NCBI GenBank assembly: GCA_023920165.1
Contig: CP089276.1
Coordinates: forward strand, 4,216,001-4,280,000
Source of the DNA: Curvularia clavata
Taxonomy: Eukaryota
Length of the DNA: 64,000 nt
Reading direction: 5' to 3'
Positions 13,262 through 25,784 of this stretch are shown piece after piece; position 1 is the stretch's first letter; each line of letters opens with the position of its first letter. A program made the position numbers and the translations under genes. The notes beneath the pieces are model-generated. The model made no database searches. It had not been told where the DNA came from and saw only the letters and a list, made by a program, of their open reading frames with translations.

Positions 13262-13877
13262 AGGAAAAAAAAGGGGGAGTTTTTTGGCTTGGAAAAGAAG
13301 GCGTGCTACAATACCCATCCACCCATTCGCAACTTGTTTCTCCTTCTTAGAATATGGGGTAGAAACCGAGCAGGACTTGGTTGCAGCAATGGTACGCACC
13401 AATGAGCTTATGACACCTAGAATAGATCCAAAAAAAGTATAATTCATTTGCAATAAGTAGTAGACTCTTCATGTGCTGGAAGAACTATGACACTGATTGG
13501 TGTGTCTCAAGTCCTGGTTCAAGTCACTCATAAAAGGCAAGAGAAAGAAAACACCCGTCAAACATAACTCCTCATTCCTATGCGAAAACCTATTATACAG
13601 CAAGCAAAACGAGCAGTCCCTGATCCTACGAGCTCCCCAATGTCCTGCTCGCTCCAAGTAATCGCAATGATATCATGGGTAATGGTGCTTTTTTCCAGTG
13701 GTTTCATGCTCTCTATAGCCCTGCCCTTGGTCCCAACACACAGTCAATGGAGAATCAGACACGGCTAATCGCAGATCGAGGGGGATATAGATAGTAAAGG
13801 CTACTACGGGAGAGTAGCTGCCTGAAAACAGGGGATTGGTGGAAGGTAAAAGAAAACAGCAACGAAGTTGCGCTTGT

Positions 13878-14685
13878 TTATGCGGAGAAACGGCGCATGA
13901 CCTTGGCAATGACTGCTAGCTGTCAGAATTGTTGTTTGCAAAGATGCGACTGAAGATTGCGTACCGTGAAGAGCGACAACGCTGAAGATGAAGACAACAG
14001 ACAGTGTCATGACGACCACGGGGTCGACCTTGAGTCCAGGAGACTCATCAGTGTACAGCCCTAAGGGGTTGAGGTTAGCAGCATTCCCAAGCAGTGTTTC
14101 TTCATTGCATTATTCCTAGTGTCTCTGCGTCGCAGACATGAAAGCTGAGGCATCGCCCATCTCGTATATTGGTACCCCATAGGCGTATAGAGAGTACTTA
14201 CTCAGCATAGTGCTTGAGCTGCCACCGGCACCGGCCGCCCTTGTGCTGCTTGGTCGCTGGTTGGCCGTCTTCTCGGCGCGGTCAGCAGCTGCCTTCCTGC
14301 GCATAACCGTCGCAGGGCCGCCCGGGGGCTTTGGCGACGCAGGACGCGCCGTTGTTGAGCCTGAGGAGGCAGCGTTTGGTGAGGTGGCGCGAGGGGCAGA
14401 CTGTAGTTCCAGTTAGCGGAGATGTTAGGGTGTGGTGAGGTTTGGGTCGTCGATTGGCATGTGAACATTGTGCAAAGGATACTGATTGCGCGCTGATTGT
14501 ACTGGCAGGAGGGCGAATAGATCCAGGCCTTTGCAAGGCGGAATAGCATAATTGCCCTTCCACCCTCTGTTGGCAATGACCTGTCGCCCTCCACGTCCAC
14601 CACATGCTCCTGTGTTGCAATCCACGTGCCGCTTCTCCAATGTCCAATGGTTTCGGGTGCGCTCGAGAGGGGTACAACTGACCAT
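13878..14685 (-). CDS. SBH1: Protein translocon Sec61 beta subunit, 110 aa, 4 exons (not a single ORF in the track)
   Basis: Exons 14683-14685 (ATG only), 14202-14400, 13965-14060 and 13878-13912 sum to 333 nt and give ...RPSSTRAAGAGGSSSTMLRLYTDESPGLKVDPVVVMTLSVVFIFSVVALHVIAKVMRRFSA*. Confidence 0.93.
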
Positions 14686-15457
14686 GATGGGCGATTTGAA
14701 CGGTGACCGGTGCGAGATGGACTGGGTGTGGAAGATGAAAGGTGTCGTGGAGGCTGCTGGCGATAACTCCAACCGAAGTCAAAGGCCACGATTCTGGAGC
14801 TGGGGTTGCCGCGGCGCGCTAACCCTGATCTCGCTTGCGACTCCGCTAGCAGAGGTCACGTGCTAGCTCCCTCATTACCCCGTTACATGAGCAGCAGCCA
14901 TTACTCCCAAACGGGCTGTTTTGTTCAATCGTCAACATATGCATGGTATTATCAGAGCAAAGGCTATGATCATCCGATAACAAGGAATTGTCCCAAACCA
15001 ACTTTTTTTTCCCATTAGACAGTTCCGTTAAATGTACCAGCCATCATAGCCTCCCATGACCATCGAGGCAGCGCCATGCCTGTCGTTCCTTGGTTGTCGG
15101 CGCTCTCGACCCGATTCTGAAAAGCTAGTAATCGATGACCGAAAAGACGTGGTTAGAAAAAGAAAACTCCCGCAAGCACCCATAAACCAACCCATGCCAA
15201 TCCTTGAACCTGCCAGCAGACACCAGTGTAACCCCGCTCGCGAAAAGGTATAATCATCTTCAGCAAGACCCTGAGAAGTGACCCGGCATGCCAATGGTGC
15301 ACTTTGAACCCACACAAAATATTCGCCGACCGTCCCGTTGATCTGCTCCGCCCATGGTAGTAGAAGTAGTTTAAAGACCGACACAGCATGAATGGGACAC
15401 CTGAAATGCAGTAACTCCGGATGTGCATCCTATCCCCCCAAAACAAAACTCCGTTTT

Positions 15458-17017
15458 CTAACCCCAGACTGAAGCCTGCACGCCCTGCGTGGGAGTGTTG
15501 CTCCAGGGTCCATTGTTCCAAATCCCAACGCCCTTGTCCGTAACTGTAGAAGAAGAATTCATAGAAGCCGATGTCGTGGCCGGGTTGTTCTGCTCACTAG
15601 CGCTGTAAGAGTTGTAGCCCAGAGGCGAGGGCAGGGGTGAGTTTGTACGCTTGCCCATGGGGGCACCGCCAGGCTGCTGCAGGTTCTGGTTCTGGGGACG
15701 GGTGCCGATGGGGGCTACGCCAGAACCGTTTGCCTTTTGGCCCGGGACGGGAGGAGAAGCACCAGGCGACGAGTTGGAGGTTCGGCTGGCTTGCTGAGCC
15801 TCGAACAGGTTGAACGTAGGGGCCTGGCCGGCCGAGGGCGAAGAAGTGCTGTTAGCACGCGCATCCTGGCCACTAGCGGCAGCATCCTTGTCGCGCGGTG
15901 GCATTTGGACGGAGCCTTCCCCCGCAGCGTTCTGACCCTGCATACCAAAGGGGTCAAAAGCGAGGGGAGAAGGGCCACGGCCGGCGGCCGAGGTCTGAAC
16001 ACGAACATCCTGGCTCGAGGTTGGGTTGTTGGTATTGTTGTTATTATTGTTGTTATTGGCGTTGCTGTAGAGAGTGGAGGTCTCGCCATATAGGGCACGG
16101 TGCTGGCGGGCGATGAGTTCGCGGCGCTCCTCTTCATTCATGGCATTGGGGCTCATGGAGCGGTCCGACTTGGAGCCTGAGCCCGAAACGTCTGCATTAC
16201 CCTAGTCAACCAACTGTCCTGATTCTATTGTTGCCCAGATTCCGAGTCCTTACTTCTGTGATATTGCTGCTCCTGGTGATAGTTACGTAGCTCACGCTCG
16301 CGCTGGGCCGCCATCCGTCGCTTCGCCTGTGCCATCTGGTCTGCATCGTTGGGCCTGGGCGCATAGCGCTGGTTCTGGTAGAAGCCCTGTACGTTGGAGG
16401 CCGAGTGGGAGCGGGAGCCGTCATAGTCGCTGACCGAGTGATGGCGCTGGGAGCCTCCCATGCGCTGTTGGTCTGTGTATTGTGTCAGTGTGTGTGTATA
16501 TATAATGGATATGGCTTGGGGAGAGGCATACCGTAGTCGGGGTATGGACGAGGGCCAGCTCCCATCATGGGCATGGATTCGCGACGGGCAGCGCCCATGG
16601 GGGTAGGAGGGAATCCAGGACCAAAGGGCTTGCCGCTTTTGGCAAGGTTCTCGATGGCGCGGTCGACCTCTGTGAGTAGTGTTAGCGCAACAAAAACCAT
16701 GTGTTGCAGTGTGCACCAAGATGCTTCATGTAGTGCCACGGCACGGCCATGTAAAAAAGGGTGGCATTGGGCAGACAACATGACAGCAACAGGACATGTT
16801 TGTAAAGAATGGCAACGTACCCTCAAACTGAGAGGCATAAGCATTGGCGACCTCGGTATTGACGGTGGAGCTGGTGCCTATGTTTGGGTAAATGGGTGTT
16901 TATTGGAATATGGGAGCGCATTGGTGTACCTGATCGCGAGGGTGGGGGAGGCTGCTCCCATGAGGACTGTCGGCCAGGAGCTGGGGCGTTCCAGGAAGCG
17001 TCGTTGTAATAGGACAT
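15458..17017 (-). CDS. Hypothetical protein, Q/N/P/S-rich and largely disordered, about 5 exons
   Basis: MSYYNDASW...PPPPSRSG / FEEVDRAIENLAKSGK / QAKRRMAAQRERELRNYHQEQQY / MNEEERRELIARQHRALYG...QASVWG*; canonical introns join ORFs 16823..17131, 16485..16844, 16225..16719 and 15458..16156. Confidence 0.75.
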
Positions 17018-18673
17018 GTTTGTGAGCGTGGGTGCGTATGCGGACTCGGAGCAGTAGCGCCAAAAGGTGGTGGGACTCGATGTTCTGAACAAGGTGGTCA
17101 GCACTGACGGTCTGAGCCAAAACGGGCGCAAACGTCAATTGCAGTTTGCGGCCAGTGACAAGTTTGCGACGGGCGAGTCGAGTCGGCAGAGAGGTGAGGA
17201 GCCGTTTGCGCTTTAGGAGGGGTGCGGGAAATTAGGACGAGGCGGGCAGCGGAAAATTTTGGTGGAGAGGGCGCATGTGGGAGGGGGATACCGAGGGCAC
17301 TCACCTCGAGCGTGCAAAAGGAGCGACAGCTGTCCGCTCAGCAAACGGGCAAGAGTGAAGTCAGCACGAGAAGGACAGCTGGGAGCGGTAGGGTATGGTA
17401 TGGTAGGGGTTGGGAGGGACTCGGGAGATATCGCGGGACTGGGTGAGGATTATGTCGAAAGGGGACACTGGGGACGCTCGACTGCTCGCGCTAGGCAGGC
17501 CGAGCAACGACCTATCCACTTAATTCATCTCCGCTTGGTAGACACGGGCCTCAGCACCTGCAGGCAATTACTTACTTGGTTGCCTCTGTTGCTGCTGCCC
17601 CTCGTACCATGGCGGGCTGGGCCAACGACGGTCGCTTACATGGACGGATACATTGATTCATTGGCAGCCCCAGCGGCCGTGTGCGAGAAGGTGACGGGCG
17701 GGCGATGCAGACGGAGCCATGTGTGGATGACGTTCACGGCGGACAGCTGCAAGGCGTCGTCTTGTGTTGCACGCGCAGCGGGACATGGATCAGATGCGAT
17801 GCAGTGCGGTGTAGTTGGCAGCGCGGTTAGCGAACCGTTGTTCGGCCTTTCACAGCATCGGTTATTCACACCATGCGCGCCTCCTCCTTTTCCCATGGAC
17901 GACACGCGCACATGGCCAGACGCACATGGCTGTGTCTGAGACGCCCTCTGCGCTGGCGCTCGACCGTCTGCGAACGCTGGGTTCGCAGCTCGAGGGAGCG
18001 GCAACAGGCAACGCGACGGCGGGCAAAAGGGAGGGATGCATGCCGTGCCGGGCCATCTGACCATGACCGTCGGCCATGACGGAGCCAACTGAGGGCCTTG
18101 GGCTGCCATGCGGGGCATCCAGCGTCCAAGTGGGCATGCTCGCCAATAGCCACTCTCCAACGACACATGTCTGCAAGAAAAAGTCCACCACCTCTCCTTC
18201 TGCCATCCACATGGCCGGCCGTCTTGCCGCTTGAGGCACCCAATCCGCGCATGGGGCGATGGCATGGAGCGTGGCTACTATCGGAGCCCAGTGCCGACAG
18301 ATATACGACGCTTCCGATTCTATGCTCCTACTTTAGCACATACTAATACCCGTCTACACATTATATTGTCCTTGTAGACGTCCCCACCCCTAGAGCACGT
18401 ATTACACACGGAGCAGGCTTTTGCTTTGTTCGGCTAGCCACGCGCTTCCCGTCTATTTACCCCAGCTTTGCCGTTACGCTAATGGTATACACAGCTAATC
18501 CCCTCCGACTAGTCATCACACGCCTGTAGTTGTAACGGGAATCCGTGCTCCATCACACGTCGCGGGTGCTTCTTTCCTCTCCTCTCCTCTTCTCTTCCTG
18601 CCCGTTTGGGCACGCCTTCTCAACGGCTGCCTCGCTCCTTCCTTCCTCACTTCCTTCCTTCCTTCTCGGCAAA

Positions 18674-18716
18674 CATCGTCTTCGCCATCGTCTTCGCCAT
18701 CGTCTTCGCCATCGTC
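18674..18716. repeat. 12-bp tandem repeat (CATCGTCTTCGC) x3.5
   Basis: catcgtcttcgc catcgtcttcgc catcgtcttcgc catcgtc read directly. Confidence 0.9.
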
Positions 18717-19290
18717 ACCCTCGCTCTTTGCTTTCCCTTGCTTTTCTCTTATCAGACATGCAGCCTTGTTTGTTTGCTTTTTCGTCTCCATGGCTACCCT
18801 CCGACTGTGCGACGTCACGCGCCACCCTGACTCTTAGACGGTTTGTCTCAAGAGCCACCTACGACATCAGCCACTCCAGCGGCGTGATCACCTCCAGCCT
18901 CATCCAACATGAACATACGCCCCATTCCCAGTCATGCATCCGCTGGTGCAACACGCACCGCAACCAGGCCAAATGAAACACGGTCATGCCAAACAACCAG
19001 CAACCAAAGACTTGTCCATGTCAAGGGCCGTGTCCCTCGATACTACAACTCTGTTTGCTTTTACCTTTCGCTTCAAAATATCCAACGGGTCACTAACACG
19101 TAGTACCAAACCAATGCAGCCCAAGGGACTGGTAAAAGAATGGCCTGCCTGGTCATTGCCAGTAAAACGTGCTTTCTGCTTCCTGAGCCTTTTCTCCAGA
19201 CCGATACAATACACTTCTCCCGACCACCGTCCCATACACAGATCACACACTCCTCCAGACCGCCTGTCCACGTACAAAACACCCTCTCTC

Positions 19291-20049
19291 ATGTTGCCCT
19301 CCTTCGCGTCGTTTCGTGACCTACCCGCAGAGCTCATCCTCGACATATGCAACTTCCTTAGCTTAGACGCTCTACTCGCACTCAAGCTCACAGCTCCGCG
19401 ACTCAACGCCATCATACGCCTTGATCCGCGCCGCTGGCAGGCCCCACTTTCAAACTGTGCCCGACGCACTATCCGAGCCTCCTTGAAATCTTCATTGCCA
19501 AAGTCCGACCATCATTACTGTTTCCTCTGTAATGCTACCTATCCCATCGACATGTTCGACTCATCGACTAGCCCGGAATGTGTCTCCACCAACATCACCA
19601 CGATGCCCCAGGACATAATCCAACTTCCGCCCAAAGTCTGCTCGCTTCACGTAGGCAGACTGGCCAGAATCATCCGCACAGGCGCCGGCGGCAGGAATGA
19701 ATGGGTCACCGGTACGGACAGAATGTGCATGCATTGTGGAAATATCACGACTTGGTCAAAGTGCAACTGCAGGTGCGATAGCTGTTCCTTTTGGACAGTA
19801 CGGACCTACACTCGCTATCTCAACAACAGCAAAGAGTGCCGCAGATTTCTCTTTTGGAGAGGTGCGTCTGCATCGACTGACGGTGGGGCTGGTCGGCTTT
19901 GGGTTCGGGAGTCTTGTCTCGACGTCGGTAAGTCTTTTGCTTTTCTGCAGGGCAGATATGCAAGCCAAGGCCCCCCCTTGCCAACGTTGACTGTGATAGA
20001 TGCCATTGGCCAGAGTTCAGAAATCGATTTTCCAGTCGAACCTGCGTGA
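19291..20049 (+). CDS. F-box protein with Cys-rich C-terminal region
   Basis: SFRDLPAELILDICNFLSLDALLALKLT F-box signature just after ATG 19291; CxxC clusters; probable 72-nt in-frame intron 19928-19999. Confidence 0.75.
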   Translation: MLPSFASFRDLPAELILDICNFLSLDALLALKLTAPRLNAIIRLDPRRWQAPLSNCARRTIRASLKSSLPKSDHHYCFLCNATYPIDMFDSSTSPECVSTNITTMPQDIIQLPPKVCSLHVGRLARIIRTGAGGRNEWVTGTDRMCMHCGNITTWSKCNCRCDSCSFWTVRTYTRYLNNSKECRRFLFWRGASASTDGGAGRLWVRESCLDVGKSFAFLQGRYASQGPPLPTLTVIDAIGQSSEIDFPVEPA

Positions 20050-20159
20050 CATGACGAAGCCCACCTGCTTGGCCATGAGAGATTAATGAGACTATTCTTC
20101 AGATGCACCATGTATCGCGCGCCAGTCGTGTCTATACTTTTGAATTCGTTTTGTGTCAT

Positions 20160-20972
20160 TTAGAATCCAGTCTTTTTATCGTAAATCTTCCTCTCCTCTT
20201 CCAACCCAAGGCCTGCCTTTTCCACGTCTCCTCGGACCGTCTGCTGCCAAGTTCGCAGCTCTTGCCCCCATCTCCGTACACTGAGTAGAGCCCACCATTG
20301 CGCGAGCATCAACATCATGGCAAAGCACGCCCCTCCAAACTTGATCATCTTCAGGCTTTGGGAGCACTGCTCCAGCCACTCGGTATCCCATCCAAAGCCC
20401 GCATCAATGTCACGGCAGATGGCTGATTCGTCAACCGCATAGCTCGGAGTTACCGGATTTAGCGTTCGGAAGTCCAAGGGAAGAACCAAGCTGGCAACGG
20501 CCATGGTTACAAATGATAGAGTCATGGTGTGCAGTAGCGTGTAAGCTGACACAAGACTGGGTATTGCCTGCATTCCATGGTCAGCAGCTGTGCATCATTA
20601 CAAACATGTCTTGCAGCAACTCCCGGACCGCCTGACAGCCGGTAGTACCAAAGGCGGGGCAAAAAAAAAACAAGAGTTGCTTGACTTACCCTCAATGCAC
20701 CGATCAGGCCCAGGATGCTTGCACAGCAAGCAAGTACATTGTAGATAACGGGAAAGTAAGCACGTTCGAGATCCGAGCCCGGCAGCGCAAAGGAGAAGGC
20801 GAGGAGGCCATGTGCGCAAAATGTAAGGATAGGAAGCACAATCGCCAGGAATCTGTAGATGCGACCGTCATGTTAGCAAGAGCTTGTTCCGAAACGTGCA
20901 TGGGTGCTGGGCAATCGACGCGCGACCAAGAACGTACCTCATTTGACTCTGCTCCGTCGATAATGCCATCAT
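20160..20972 (-). CDS. Hypothetical four-TM membrane protein, 3 exons
   Basis: MMALSTEQSQMR, then an intron (GTACGT...CTAAC...CAG), FLAIVLPILTF...LGLIGALR, an intron (GTAAGT...), then AIPSLVSAYTLLH...AQWWALLSVRRWG. Confidence 0.65.
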
Positions 20973-23352
20973 CGAGACGTCGTATATGGTTTCCGGTCCA
21001 AACCAAGCTTTACCCTTACCAGCGTCGCAACGCCCCAGCGACGAAAACGCTCAAATGCGGGTGTGGTGTGAGCAAAGGAAAAAGGCGAAAGGGCGAGAGG
21101 GCGAGCGGCAACAGTCGCGTGGTTTAAGCAGAATTTATAATAAGAAAAAGCAATCAGACAACAGCGCAAAGGCCAGAAAACGACGACGTCAGTTTGCGAT
21201 CGGTCAGGTCCAAGCCATTCAAAATATGTCGAATAGGGTTCGAATGTCGAGCGAGATATGTCCGGGCTGGTGATCAATAAGCTGGGTACATACACGCCCG
21301 TTCAGGAAGGACCGCAAGATCCAAGTGCTTGGCCCAAAAAAGAAGACGATACGACTTTGGGTTGATAATATAATCAAGACTTTCCACAAAGAATGGTCAT
21401 GGAACACAAAAAAGGTGAGAAAAAGAAAACGTCACAACGTCGGGCTTTTGCCTGACTTGGCCGGCCGGGCAGCGCGGGAGAGAGAGGGGGTGGGCACAGG
21501 ATTGATAATGCGATGCGACTTCTTGGTTTGGGTTTACGGGGCGTTACTCTGTATGTACGTAGCCAGGCCAGTCAGTCGGAAGCCTAACGTGACTGGCGTG
21601 TGGGCGGGCGTGGGCGTGCACGCACACGCCCTGTGTTTGGCGCGTAGGTGTGTGTGAGTGTCGTGTGTCGGTGTCGTCGATTTTAGCGTCTAGCTTCGGG
21701 ATCCACGGATGGCCGTGCGTCGTTAAGGTCGAAAGAGGGAAAAGCAGTGATGTCACTGATTGCTCAATTGCAACAAGCTTTCGACTTTCGGGGTTGCAAC
21801 ACGTGTCAACGGGTAAGGAAGAGGGAGGGAGGACTAGAGGGAAGAAGAAAGAGAGCGTGATACAAGGCTATACACTTTGATTAACAAGCAGTCCTGGGAC
21901 TACCACGAGATAAGGGCAACAAAGATGTGGGGAAGACGCAAATCCAGACATGGATAGCAAGTTATTCCTAGTAAGCTCAGTGGCGTAATCTCCGTGGATA
22001 AACAAGTCCAGTCGTCTCGCGCCACGAAGAGATGCTGTGGTATAGAGCAAGACAAGCAAGCATTGACATGCGAAGACCTCTTTAGCGCGCCTCATGCAGC
22101 AGCATCTGTGCGCCGGATGCGGATCATCGCGGCTGGATTCTGCTAGGGCAAGCCTCCGCAGGTGGGGAAGGGAAGGGAAGAGCAGGAAAGGGACACACGC
22201 CATACCACTCGGAGGCAAGCGGATGGTCGTGCATCACGAGATAAATGGACATGGCGGACGAAAAATGGACTTTGTTGCTGAATGGCTTGTCTCGACTGCC
22301 TCGTTCCTCGCAATTGTCTTACTTGCGAATATCACAATCTGCCACCGAACACGACCTGCCATGTTCGCCATAGCCAGTCGACTTGGGAAAATGCTGATCT
22401 ACTATAAATATAGTACTTCGTTGTGCCAGGTATACGACGGCGCTGCCTCGTGGTCTCGTTGGCTCTCCCTAGCTTCATCGCCGCCCCCACAGATCCTATA
22501 GTCGATTTTCGTGTTTTGTTCCTGATACGACTTTGCAATGCGAATGTGCCATTGAGAATGTGGGGTTCATGACCTTGTTTTGCGCGCCGGCCCTAGCATC
22601 GAATACGGAGTAGAAGCTCATGTGTCGGATGGTGACACGGAAGCTGGTGGTTCCTGGTTCCGACATGAATCACGTGAGGTTGGTTCGGTGTCTCAATGCT
22701 GCCGTCTCGCCTCCGACCCGGGGATCCACTGTACTACTAACTGATCAGAGCAAGCTCACGTATCGAGACGTATACGGAGTACGGATACGATATAAAACTC
22801 CATACACCTGCATCTGGTATCGGCGCCAAGGCTCCAAGCACTCATATGTTGCATTTAATGGCGAGACAGGCCAACAGAGTACTTTGCCATGCTGCAAGGC
22901 TACACGGCTAGTTCACAGTCTGCGACGACTGGCTTTGCATCGTTGGCCAAAGCTTTTCCCTCTTTCCATGATGCCAGCCGTTCTAGTTGCCGAACGTCTG
23001 CCGAGTGGTCGCCGCCGCGAGTGGATGAGAGACATGTGATAGCGCGCCGACCGACATATTGTGTCATGACGTGAGGGAAAATAAAACCCAAAAAGTTTAC
23101 TAAAGTAATAGGTGCACAGGTATTCGTATTCAAGCTTCACCTTTTCTCCGTTCACAGTTGTCTGCAAAAAAAAACAACATCACCAACGAACCAAAGGCGC
23201 CAGTTGATTGAGCATTGTGTGTTTTTTCATTTTGTTGGTATCTGTTGTATTCCTCCCAGTCTGCCCTATCAGGCTATCCGTCCGTGAAATATTCATAACT
23301 TCATACTTGATGTGCTCTTCAAACCGCCTCGAAAACAATAACGGGTATGCGT

Positions 23353-24612
23353 TTATGCGAAGACGTAGCAAGGAATGCCGTACTGCACACAGTGTTAGCA
23401 GAGTCACTGGACAAACAGGACAAATGATATCACGTACGTTGGTAGGAGCGTTAAACTTGAGGTTCTTGTCCAGGCCCGAGATCTCCTCAATCTCGCTGTC
23501 CTTGAGGTCGAAACTGGTGACGTCCAAGTTCTGTGCCAGACGGTTGGGAGAGTTGGACTTGGGGATGACGCTGAGTCCACGTTGTGTGGACCAGCGGAGC
23601 AGGACCTGTGCGGGTGTCTTGCCGTGAGCGTCGGCAATCTTCTTGATGACGGGGTGGTCAAAGAGAAGAGGTGTGTCGGCCGCAACCTTCATGTCGCACT
23701 CGAGGAAGCTCTGAGGGCCGAACGATGAGTAGGCAGTCACCTTGATGTCGTGCTGGCGGGCCAACTCGAGGAGGTAAGGCTGAACGTAGTATGGGTGGTG
23801 CTCAATCTGGAGGGTGGCAGGCTTGATCTTGGCGTAGGTGAACATGTCGAGAAGCAAAGCTCCGCTGTAGTTGCTCACACCAATGCTCTTGGACAGGCCC
23901 TTGTTCTTGAGCTCCTCGAATGCCTCCCATGTGCTTTGCAGGCTGGCATTGCTGTGCTCGATCTGGCTCTTGCCATCGTAGTACCAACCAGGTGGGTAGC
24001 GCACCTTGGGATCGACGTACTTGAGGGCGACGGGGAAGTGGATGAGGTACAGATCGAAGTAGTCGACGCCCCAGTCAGCAAGCTGCTTGCGGCAGATGGG
24101 CTCGACTTGCTCGCGGTCGTGGAAGGTCTGCCAGAGCTTGCTGACAATGAAGAGGTCTTCACGCTTTACAAGACCGTCCTTGATAGCACGAGCGACACCC
24201 TGACCGCACTCGACTTCATTGCCGTAGTCTGCCACATTCTCATGTCAGTCTGGGCACACAGATATGATTGCACGCGAAGGCGCGTGCGTCGTTCCGAGGA
24301 ATGGCGCTAGCATTCCGATGCAGAGCCAAGCATGTATACAGCAGCCACCGGTAATTCGGGACGTTTCGCGGCAACAGACGCCGATTCTGCTGACGGTTGC
24401 CAACAGTGGGGTGCAGAAAAAAAAAGAAGAAGAAAATGGTGGTGTAAGGGATTGTACATACCGCATGCACCATCAAATAGCCTATATCCAGCCTTGATAG
24501 CGTTGTAGACAGTGTCGGCGCAGGTAGCATTGTCGACTTTCCACAGTCCGAAGCCAACCTGGGGCATCTTGTTGCCATCGTTGAGGGTAACGTAGGGGAC
24601 GTTGGTAGCCAT
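23353..24612 (-). CDS. xyl1: NAD(P)H-dependent D-xylose reductase (aldo-keto reductase family 2B), 3 exons
   Basis: [65 protein letters not shown]; introns ~24230-24461 and ~23383-23437. Confidence 0.93.
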
Positions 24613-25784
24613 GGTAGCGAAGAAGCTGCGATTTGCAAGTCTAGTCTTTATAAATGGTGCGGTAGGCGCTCGTCGTGCAAGGCAAGTTTTGTTTGCCGAT
24701 GAAAAAGTAGAAACAGATCTGAAGAAAGGAACAGAGGCAGCAGAGGAAGAAGAAAAGCAGGCGGCGGAGCGCAGTGTATTAATACTACCGGCACGGCAGA
24801 TGGGCCTAGCAATCATGGCCCTGATATCGACGTGTATTTTGCAGACGGAACTTGACAATTCTGCCCCAGGCACAACAGCCTACCGTCTATATACGCCGTG
24901 TTAGAGGCTAGCTTGACCATATGACCCTGCGTCTTCAACCGGACGACTGGGTAACCATGCTTGATTTGCATCTTTACCCTCATTCGCCATCGGCCCGCGT
25001 CTCATTTACCCTCCTTGACATTCTAGGGATCCACGGCGGTTACTTGCATACCTATGTTGCTAGTAGCTAAGTCGCCTTGATGCTCGATTTGCATCATCGC
25101 CGCTTGCTCTTTTCTTTGTGCTGTCCGGCAATTCTGGCCACAAGGATAAATAACGGCTCCTCTCAACAGACTCGTACAACAAGTCGTCGCTCATGGTGAA
25201 ACTGGGTATCGTCCCACGTCGCTGGTAAAAAGAGTGCAGCAGCATATCAGAATGTCCGTAGTTTGCGTGGTGGGGTAACATCTGCCCCTCCGGACCCACA
25301 ATGTGGCTCTACTCCTGCGCGGTGGACGGATAAAGTAGGCGTTAGTTTCAAGGCACCGGATAATTATTTCGCGCCAAAGGACTGAGGTACCGATACACAT
25401 TGGACAAGCCAAATCCCGCCTTCGGGTTTCGGACACGGTGTTCGTTGGGCGGCGTTTGGAAAAAAGATTTCATGTCCACGTGCTTTGCAGGGCAAGCTGC
25501 TGAACGAAGCCGCAGGCGAGACGCCATGCTTTCCATGATACTGTTTAGTGTAACTTCATCTATACCTTAGTAGGTAAGGGCTGCAGAGGGGGTTCGAATG
25601 CAAGAGAAAAAGATAGCTTTCGTTGACGGACGCTAAAGGCGATGACAATACACTATTCATACTAAAGACATAATGGCCACTGGTGACGCTGTCGTATATA
25701 TATTCTTTTTCGTTCTGCGCCTTGCCCATCGTGTGCCAGACCAAACACCAAGTAAAATGCTCTCTTCGCTGCAAAACGTCCGCC

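Noticed and set aside
16022..16060. (AAY)n poly-Asn tract
   Set aside because: Ordinary coding microsatellite in a disordered protein
17259..18346. Several 100-226 aa ORFs on both strands
   Set aside because: GC-rich intergenic/promoter sequence with Arg/Cys/Trp-rich random-looking translations
18674..18716. Repeat considered as a CRISPR-like or coding repeat
   Set aside because: Plain minisatellite with no spacers, in a fungal genome
23180..23437. Long C-terminal extension of xylose reductase
   Set aside because: Artefact of an unspliced intron; the spliced form ends YGIPCYVFA* at 23353
24287..24308. Hairpin in xyl1 intron 1
   Set aside because: Pairs only through G-T on the non-transcribed strand; mismatched in the RNA
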